Shown: positions 12,620-20,000 of the stretch, in pieces
Numbering within the stretch: the stretch's first letter is position 1
How the letters are laid out: each line of letters opens with the position of its first letter
NCBI RefSeq assembly: GCF_004010195.1
Contig: NC_057718.1
Coordinates: forward strand, 40,707,563 to 40,727,562
Source: Chiloscyllium plagiosum
Lineage: Eukaryota
Direction of reading: 5' to 3'
Length of the DNA stretch: 20,000 nucleotides
Made by a program: the position numbers and the translations under genes
Notes under the pieces: generated by a model
What the model saw: only the letters and a program-made list of their open reading frames with translations
Database searches by the model: none
Told to the model about the DNA's origin: nothing

Positions 12620-13123
12620 GGAGAAAGTGAGGACTGCAGCTGCTGGAGATCAGAGTCGAGAATGTGGTGCTGGAAACGCACAGCCATTCAGGCAGCATCC
12701 GAGGAGCGGGAGAGTTGACGTTTCGGGCATAAGCTGTTCATCACAAATGAGGCTTGTGGGTGGGGGCTGAGAGATAAGTGGGAGGGGGTGGGGTTGGGGG
12801 GAAGGTAGCTGGTATGAAANNNNNNNGGGTTGGGGGGAAGATAGCTGGTATGAAAGTGAGGGAGAGGGTGACAGGTCAGAGGGGGCAGTCATGGATGGGT
12901 CTGGAGGGTGGTGCCGAGTTGGAGGCTTGGGATTGTGGGGGGGGGGGAGGGAAAAGCTGCTGAAATCCATATTCCTCCTGTGTGGTTACAGGGTCCCAAG
13001 ACGGAATATAAGGCCTTCCACCTTCAGGCATCGAGTGGTAACGGTTTGGCTGTGGAGGAGGCCCAGGACCTCCCCCCACATTATCCCAACCTCAAGCCTC
13101 CAACTCAGCACCACCCTCCAGAC
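12620..13123 (-). mobile_element. Penelope-like element 3' end: GIY-YIG C-terminus, UTR, hammerhead-bearing terminal repeat and inverted 5' piece
   Basis: Minus strand 13069->12953 translates VLGLLHSQTVTTRCLKVEGLIFRLGTL*PHRRNMDFSSF, matching the PLE GIY-YIG end 'E..LI..LGTL.P.G.N'. Terminal repeat at 12620-12750. 13093-13123 is a 30/31 inverted copy of 12899-12929. Confidence 0.85.
12717..12744 (-). ncRNA. Minimal type-I hammerhead ribozyme-like motif (degenerate)
   Basis: Minus strand gTGATGA-acagc-ttat-gccc-GAAACGTC. The 3' half (GAAAC and GUC) is intact; the first core C and the left arm of stem II are mutated. Confidence 0.6.
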
Positions 13124-13159
13124 ACAGGTTCCTTTTTATACTTTTAACAGAGGCAGAGG

Positions 13160-13455
13160 AGAAGCAATAGGGCGGACAGCATAGAGACCCTGTGCAAACG
13201 ACATAGGGGTTGTTAATAGTGGAGAAAGAAAACAAACATAAAAGGGGTGGGGCAGGGGTAAATTAAGGTGTGAAAGAGAGAGATTTGGCCCTTGCTTCTG
13301 AGCACAAAGTAAGCAAGATACAAACATGAGATAGGTGGGGGGCAAGTGGGGCTGGGGGCTAGGAGAAATGAAGGGCATAAATAGTGGTCACGTTTAGAAG
13401 TTGTTAAATTCAAAGTTGACACCTCCAGGCTGTAGAGTCCTTCAACTGGAAATTG
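13160..13455 (-). mobile_element. Second Penelope-like 3' fragment (GIY-YIG C-terminus and UTR)
   Basis: Minus strand 13438->13394 translates TLQPGGVNFEFNNF*, followed by a C/T-rich UTR. Confidence 0.7.
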
Positions 13456-13465
13456 TTAAATCTCG

Positions 13466-13730
13466 ACAGTGCAGGAAGCAGCCATTTGTCCATTGAGTCT
13501 GCACTGAACCTCTGTAGAGCATTCCACCCTTCCCACTCTAGCCCCGTATCCCCGTTTTTACTATGGCCAATCGACCTAACCTGCACATCTTTGGACAGTG
13601 GGAGGAAAGCGAAATACCCAGCAGAACGAAAACAGGGAGAACGTGCAAGCTCCACACAGTCACCCAAGGCTGGGATCGCACCCATGTCACTGGTGCTGTG
13701 AGGCAGCAGTGCTAATCACTGTACCACCCT
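13466..13730 (-). mobile_element. Older HE1-like V-SINE
   Basis: Homologous to 9823-10136 (ctgcacatctttggac..gggagaacgtgcaa..ctgtgaggcagcagtgctaa) but more diverged. Confidence 0.85.
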
Positions 13731-13948
13731 GTGAAAATGTAGTATTGGCCCTTGTGTTTGAGTTGTGCTTTGTTGGAAAATTACAAGCTCTCATGCAAAC
13801 ACTTCTGTCTTGGGCATGTCCTGAGAGCTTTGGAATAAATAAACCAACACTAACAGAGGCTTTGCTGAAGATAACAGAAGCAGCAGCGGAACTGAAGCAG
13901 GAGCCATGGAGTTAAGGAGGTAGAAGTGAACATTTCAGTAATGGTGCG

Positions 13949-14062
13949 AAAACAGAAATTGTTGGACAAACGCAGCAGGTCTGGCAGCACCTGAAGAAGG
14001 ATCTTTGGACCTGAAATGTTAACTCTGCTTCTCTCTCCACAGATGCTGTCAAATCTGCTGAG
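13949..14062 (+). mobile_element. Penelope-type terminal repeat with an inverted 3' piece in front
   Basis: 13973-13989 is a 14/17 inverted copy of 14044-14060. The sense part starts at ctgaaga (13991). Confidence 0.65.
13991..14020 (+). ncRNA. Minimal hammerhead ribozyme-like motif (degenerate)
   Basis: CTGAAGA-aggatc-tttg-gacct-GAAA-tGTT. Both core boxes are intact; GAAAT probably derives from GAAAC by CpG decay. Confidence 0.55.
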
Positions 14063-15243
14063 GAAGTAAGCACAGAAATTGCTGGAGAGTGCATTTGGGA
14101 CTGGAAGCTCATCTCAGGATCCAGTGCAACACCATGGTGGTGCACTGAAGTGAGAGTGAAACAATGCTGTACTGTGATCATAGCAATTATGCGAGGAGCC
14201 TCCACTGCTAACCCTGCTTCATTTTACGAGGTTGGAACATGGTTCTTGTGTTCAATTAGGACGCTGGTCACCTGCTCCACCATTGGCACAATTTGGATCT
14301 CAACTTGATTTAAAATTCTAGAATCCCTGGAGTAAGCTGTTGTGTTGGTTCTCCCGAGAAAGAATCTTTGTAATGAACCATTGACAAATCGGAAGGGGTC
14401 CAGATTGTAACTTGGCTTAATTCCTCAGTTACATCCCAAACATGTATCTCATCGCACTCACCAAACAGGCTACTAAGCTGCCATTTGCGAATTAAGAAAT
14501 TGAGGATGTTGGTACTGTCAGCATAAGGTTTGGTTTCACCTTAAATCCTCTAAAGCTATGGATCTTTAAGGGATAAGCAGATAATCCAGTATTGGTAAAG
14601 TCTATTAAATCACCAAACCTATGCCAAAATGTGATGTTTCTTGATTCTGGTCTGTTTCCCAGCCACTCTGTTACATTCCAGTTGGAGATGCAAATGGTTT
14701 GTGCTGGAATGGCCAGGAATTTGGGAAACAGTCTAATTTTGTTGAGGAATAATCCTTGAACCCAGAAGCAGCCATTTTTGTTTAAAGATAGCATGAAGCA
14801 GGATGGCCAAGTCTGTACCTTTGGATATGTGCTGCTCCTCTTTCACTTGTTGTCATGACCATTTCCAATGTAGAAATTTTCTTATAGAGTCATAGAGATC
14901 TACAATACAGCAAAGGCTCTTCAGTCCACTGCACTGGTGGAAAACAACCAGCTAAATATTTTCATCTCATTTCCAACACTTGGCCCATCACCTTGTATGC
15001 TTTGGTGTCACATGTATACATCTAAATACTTCTTAAATGTCATGAATTTAAAATTTCTACCTCCATCATCCGTACAGGCAGTGAGTTCCAGATTCGCAGC
15101 ACCATCTGTTTGAAAAAGTTTTCTCACATACCCAGTCAGCCTTCTGTCAGTTCCCTTATATCCATGTGCCCGGTCATTGACCCTCCTCCAAGGGGAAAGG
15201 TTACTTCTTGTTTCCTCTATCTAGTCCTGTCATAATTTTGCAC

Positions 15244-15547
15244 AGACTTTGATATTGGTTAGAGGCAGTGGTGAGGCCCAATGGTGAATGCTGGCACTTG
15301 AGGATGGACTACTTCAACGTTGGTTGTGTCTGACTGCGAGGCAGTGGAGGATGGATGGCGGTGCAGGCCCCACCGATGTTGATGATCTGGCTCAGGACTG
15401 ATGGACTGTCTTTAGGCTAATCTTTCCTTTTTTCCCTCACCCTCAAATTGTTCAAAATGGTGTTGAACTGTGGTAACAAATGAGAGCTTTTTGTTGAATT
15501 TTATTCTATTCTTATCAAAACATACATGTGATATTCAATCATTCATT
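15244..15547 (+). mobile_element. Unclassified short retroelement nested in CR1
   Basis: Interrupts CR1 homology and ends catgtgatattcaatcattcatt, like 6301-6695. Confidence 0.45.
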
Positions 15548-15765
15548 GGCTAATTGAGGCAAGAATTCCATATGATTTCTTAACCACTTTATCTCCCTGT
15601 CCTGAGGGACCTGTGGATATGTAGCCCAAGGTCCCTTTGATCCTCTGTGCTTCCCAGGGTCCTATTGTTCATCATGTATTGCCTTGTTTGTCTTGCACAA
15701 ATGCATCACCTCACATTTATCTGGTTGAACTCCATTTGCCACTGATCAGCCTGTTTGACCAGCCC

Positions 15766-16011
15766 CACATTCTCCCCGTGTCTGCGTAGGTTTCCTTCGG
15801 GTGCTCCAGTTTCCTCCCACAGTCCAAAGAATGTGCAGGTTAGGTGAATTGGCCATGCTAAATTGCCCGTAGTGTTAAGTGAAGGGGTAAATGTAGGGGA
15901 ATAGTTCTGGGTGGGTTGCTCTTCAGAGGGTCGGTGTGAACTTGTTGGGCTAATGGGCCTGTTTCCACACTGTAAATAATCTAATCTAATATAATCTAAT
16001 GTAACCTAATC
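15766..16011 (+). mobile_element. 5'-truncated HE1-like V-SINE nested in CR1
   Basis: V-domain cacattctccccgtgtctgcg...cccacagtccaaag, tail gggcctgtttccacactgta and (TAATC)n repeats. Confidence 0.9.
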
Positions 16012-16944
16012 TCTTGTCATTCCAGCCTACCCTCCTTACTATTTACCACTCCACCAATACTTGAATCATCCGCGAATTTAGTGATCAACCCCCCCTATGT
16101 TTGAGTTTCAACCATTTATATAGACCACACAAAGCCCCCAACACTGATCCCCATGGAACTCCAGCAGGCACAGGCTCCAGTCACAAAAGCACCTATCAAC
16201 CATCACCTTCTGCTTCCTGCCACCCAGCCAGTTCTGGATCCAATTAGCCAAATCTTGCATCAAATGGCTCATACCTTCACCATCAGTCTCCCGTGAAGGG
16301 CCTTATCAAAAGCCTAGCTGAAGTCAAAGTTGACCACATCAAATGCATTGCCATTATCTACATATTTGGTTACCTCTTTGAAAAATCCAATCAAGTTGGT
16401 CAGATATGACTTCCCCTTAACAAAACCTTGCTCACTGTTCTTGATTAATCACTGCCTCTCCGAGTGAAGAATAATTCTGTCCCTCAGAATTGCTTCCAAT
16501 AGTTGCCCCACTCCCAAGGTTAGACTGACTGGCCTATAGATTCCGGGTTTATCCCTTGATCCCTTCTTGAACAATGGTACCAGCCTTGCTGTTCACAATC
16601 CTCTTCCTAAACAGCAATGTGTGTCATTAAGTATGAGCCTTAGACTGAAAGATATGACTGGGGTAATCTGTAAATTAATACCTAATACCCTTCTTGCTCA
16701 GCTAAATGCTTAAAATGGGACTGCTGCAACATTCCCTAGTCCTTCTGCTCTTCTTGTTTAAGAATAGAAGCAACAGAAATAAAAATAGAAGTCTTAATCC
16801 AAGGGCTGAGCAGTATTTTGCGAGTGAACTGTGTGTGTATAGGGGAAAGGGAGCTTCATGTGGAAGGAAGCAGAAGGTAATCATTGGTGTCCATGACATC
16901 GGTTGTGTTTACTTTGCTGCCTTTACTTACACCAGTACTTTAGA

Positions 16945-17120
16945 GTCATTTAGTAATCACTGGGTCAAACACCGAAACTCCCTTCCTAACACTGTGGGTG
17001 TATCTACATCAAAATAGACTGCAGGGGTTCAAGAAGTTTTCTAACCACCTCCTTAATTAGGGATGGGCAACAAATGTTGGCTTTGTCACAGATGCTCATC
17101 TCCCATTGAATAAGCAAAAT
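16945..17120 (+). mobile_element. LINE 3' UTR fragment
   Basis: Homologous to about 2950-3133; ends aattagggatgggcaacaaatgttggc...ctcccattgaataa. Confidence 0.7.
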
Positions 17121-17375
17121 TGATATAATTGCCCCTGAATCTACCCCAGTGATCTATGAGAATTCACAATGTATTACTATCTGGCACACCAATAGATTAA
17201 TAATGCTATTTGTCATGTTGCAATTTTGGTGCAACTCCTGTTTTTTTTATCACAATCAAATGTCAATCCTTTTGCTGCTTTGAAAAGCAGCGTTATAGGT
17301 CTGTGCTGTTTGATGGAAGTGGCTGGAATAAGTTCAAGGGACGGAGCCTTATGATTTTTTTTGGCTGAGTCTGAG

Positions 17376-17678
17376 CTATGTCAAGTTTTTTTTTGTGAGG
17401 CCTTAGTGAGTTCTGTATCTGACCAAACCCACCTCTTTAAGTATTTACCCCACCCCTATAGCTTTTCCCACATCCAATTCCAGCTTCACTGTTCTACACA
17501 GCATATCCAGAATAGCTCTCCACTCACCTATGTCAAGTTTTTTTTTGTGAGGCCTTATTGAGTTCTGTATCTGACCAAACCCACCTCTTTAAGTACTTAC
17601 CCCACCCCTATAGCTTTTCCCACATCCAATTCCAGCTTCACTGTTCTACACAGCATATCCAGAATAGCTCTCCACTCA
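17376..17678. repeat. Tandem duplication, period 152 bp, two copies
   Basis: 17376-17526 versus 17528-17678; I count only two substitutions (ttagtg/ttattg and tattta/tactta). Confidence 0.95.
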
Positions 17679-18367
17679 AGAGATGTGCCATCTTTAAAAG
17701 CTGCTGTGTAAGGTAAAGAGGGTAAATGAGGTTGCACAAGGCAAAGTGTCCCACGCTTCTCTTCGCTTCCTCACACTCATTCTGGATCTGCTACTGCATC
17801 CACCTCCCACCAAGGCTCACATTCTGCCACTCTTACTGCAGCGTCTGACTTCACTTGCTCTCACCATCACCACTTGTTCTTGCACACCACTAATCCTGCA
17901 TGCTCTTTGCACTGCCTTCTCACTCCTCCGGGACACGCCACCCCAGCTTTCCCCTACCCCACCTCTCACTAACACCCACATTAATCACACTCAAATCACC
18001 TGTGTTTCTCATTGGAGGAGAAGACAGCCCAAAGCAGAGCCCATTGGGTCAGAAGGTGCCTGACATAAGGCTTCTTGCCTTTTTTCTATGCGTTCATAGG
18101 ATGAGGATGTCGCTGGCATTTATTGCCCATCCCTAATTGCCACTGAGGTCTACCACACTGGAGTGGGTGTGGAGTTCCCATGTGGGCCAGACCAGGTAAA
18201 GATGATCATCCCCTCAAGGCCATTAATGAACTAAATGGGTTTTCCAAACAGTCGGCAATGGATGCATTGACACTATTAGACTCTCATTTCCAGAGTTTTA
18301 TTGAATTCACACCATCTACCAAGACACAATTCAATCCCAGAACTTTACTTGGGTCTCTGGATTATTA

Positions 18368-18496
18368 GGAGAAAGTGAGGACTGCAGGTGCTGGAGACAT
18401 TCCTGATGAAGGGCTTATGCTTGAAATTTTGATTCTCCTGTGCCTTAGATGCTGCCTGATCTTCTGTGCTTATCTGGCGCCATACTTTTCACCTCT
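18368..18496 (+). mobile_element. Penelope-type terminal repeat with inverted 3' tip
   Basis: 18368-18397 matches 12620-12649 in the same orientation (29/30), while 18398-18496 matches about 12655-12749 in the opposite orientation. Flanked by duplicated ctctggatt (18355-18363 and 18493-18501). Confidence 0.8.
18403..18430 (+). ncRNA. Minimal hammerhead ribozyme-like motif (degenerate)
   Basis: CTGATGA-a-gggc-ttat-gctt-GAAA-tttt. The 5' half is intact; the cleavage triplet region has decayed. Confidence 0.6.
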
Positions 18497-19514
18497 GGAT
18501 TGATTGTTCAGCAGCAATACCACTGGGCCATCATGTCCACTGGGGAGAGAATCCTGGCTTTTGCAGGACAAGACTGAGATTATTCTTGTGGGCATGTAGA
18601 GACATCCATGTATCTTTATGTGAGTAGGTACCACCCAAGCACACCACCCCTACCTTCCCCCTGCCCAACCCCCCCCCACACTTGGCCATTCATTCCAAAG
18701 ACGGTCAACATAAGTTTCCCCTCTAGGCTCACCTAATCAAACATCCACGAGCAATGGGCTCCACTGCTGAGAAGGTTAACTCCACCCTAGCAGAACAGGG
18801 AGTAGACTGAGATATAATGAGGGGGGAGAGGAGGATGAAGGAGACTTTGGTGGCAGGGGTAAGTAATTTTGCACTTTTTAAAAATAAATATCACCGACTT
18901 AATCTGTTAGTCTCTCTGTGTAAGCCTGAGTGGCTTGGTGACAGCAACAGGCATGACCTTACAGCCACAGCTGAAGGTCCATGGATGGACATCCTTGCTG
19001 AGAGGTTGGTAGCACGAGGAACAAGACGTATTCAAGTCTTGGCTCATCCTTGTATAACATCCCTATCCTTTCTCTGCCTCTGTATCCAGAAGTGGACCCG
19101 TCAATGAGTTGTTCAGCAATGTCTCTGGCAGAAAGGTACAGTACACAAAGGGGGACAGTGCATCAGGACGTCCAGGGGATATGCAAGTCTGTGAAATGCA
19201 CAGTAGATGGACCGGGTGCATGCTCCTTCCATTTAAAAGTCCTAATAGCATTGTGTTCTGCAGCCCCATCCCTCACAGTCCGAGTCACTTACCCTGCTCA
19301 CTCTCACTGTGGGTGTAATCACTTTTTTCCCCTTTGAGTCCTTTCAATTTGCTGCACAATGGAAGATGACGGCCAGTGCTTCCTGGTCAATGACTTGCAG
19401 CCTCTACTGGGATGTATGGGTGAGCTGCAGCACATCCAGATCCCTAGGTCTCTCGGCAACCCAGTTGCATGCACCTGTCCACCTTTCCCACTCAGTCCCT
19501 GGCATCTGTGGTGA

Positions 19515-20000
19515 CAATGTCAGCTGAGGGCCACACTCTATCAGAATTGCAAAGGGCCCACTCTGTACTACATCCTCAGGAGAATTCATAGTCTCAACAA
19601 ACAGTGTTTCAATTCCATCTCAAACATCAAAAACTGTAAGTACAACAAACTTTTATCCACCCACCTCCATAACCAGCGCTCCTCAAACATTCCAGAAGAT
19701 TCCCCTGGCCTCGGAACCTATTCCGCCATTAGCCATGCGGCTGATGCAGCTGCCACCCCCACGCTGATTGATGATGTCACTTCCGCCCCCATCATGGACA
19801 CTCCCACAGCCACTTCCTGCCCTCACATCATCGCTGATGCCACATGCTCAGTGACTTCTGCCACCCCTACTGCCGTTGTCACCACCACTTCCACCCCCAC
19901 CAGCGCCACTCACTTGCATTCTGCTGACACGCCCCCCACAGACACTATCCCCACCCCCCAGAACCCCGAGGGGAACACTACCCACTGTCACTATCCCCAC
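19515..20000 (+). mobile_element. Open frame running off the window, probably the N-terminal part of a Penelope-like ORF
   Basis: 162 stop-free codons: QLRATLYQNCKGPTLYYILRRIHSLNKQCFNSISNIKNCKYNKLLSTHLHNQRSS, then a T/P/A-rich linker. The family assignment rests on recalled similarity only. Confidence 0.55.

Larger units (their letters stand above)
14884..16600 (-). mobile_element. Decayed CR1 LINE RT and 3' fragment with two nested insertions
   Basis: Tail tagagtcatagag at about 14884. Minus-strand motifs KPGIYRPVSLT, GFVKGKSYLTNLIGFF, DFS*AFDK, GVPWGSVL and ITKFADDSSIGG (about 16050-16085). Confidence 0.88.
18080..18538 (-). mobile_element. tRNA-derived SINE of a second family, interrupted by a Penelope fragment
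   Basis: Minus-strand head gatggcccagtggtattg (A-box-like) and tail gcaattagggatgggcaataaatgc...aaaaaa, shared with the LINE 3' end at 17055-17080. Confidence 0.75.
17697..18619 (+). pseudogene. Probable decayed PIF/Harbinger Myb/SANT-like accessory gene, intron-containing and split by a SINE
   Basis: KAAV*x-KRVNE (17697-17731), a C/T-rich intron-like tract, then EKTAQSR..VPDIRLL (18018-18076). After the SINE come ERILAFAGQD*DYSCG and a gtgagt donor at 18620. Resembles the recalled pattern 'QCRKRVNDL/EK.AHN....GGG.PDIR.LT..EE'. Confidence 0.45.

Noticed and set aside
12791..12856. Direct repeat of about 29 bp (gggttggggggaag.tagctggtatgaaa)
   Set aside because: The copies flank a 7-N gap, so they are most likely overlapping contig ends.
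14492..14794. 100-aa minus-strand ORF, and similar short ORFs at 1250-1537, 3572-3766 and 16706-17017
   Set aside because: No recognisable domain or convincing splice context; lengths are compatible with chance.
15977..16011. (TAATC)n array resembling a telomeric repeat
   Set aside because: It is the SINE's 3' tail; the same repeat ends the copy at 9823.
18644..18680. C-tract cluster that could form a G-quadruplex on the minus strand
   Set aside because: Low-complexity sequence in decayed repeat context with no evidence of function.
19345..19518. Minus-strand IVTTDA...DQEALAVIF resembling LTR-retrotransposon RNase H
   Set aside because: The motifs are in different frames with stops between them, and no RT or integrase lies nearby.

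Overview
Eukaryotic, repeat-dominated DNA with no confidently identifiable host gene. The repeat families (HE1-like V-SINEs, CR1 LINEs with esterase ORF1, Penelope-like elements) point to a shark or other elasmobranch; this is an inference from recalled repeat families. The centre holds a 5'-truncated, decayed CR1 LINE (about 8562-12342, +) with SGNH-esterase ORF1 and APE+RT ORF2, interrupted by an antisense HE1-like SINE. Around it lie further CR1 fragments, two more HE1-like SINEs, a second tRNA-SINE family, a probable Tigger/pogo MITE end, a 152-bp tandem duplication and a probable decayed Harbinger Myb/SANT gene. The most interesting signal is six Penelope-type terminal-repeat fragments, each carrying a degenerate minimal hammerhead-ribozyme motif (CTGANGA-hairpin-GAAA). 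Two of them are linked to GIY-YIG C-terminal remnants and three show inverted junctions. An open frame missing from the ORF track, probably a Penelope ORF N-terminus, runs off the right edge. All family names come from motif recognition, not from a database search.
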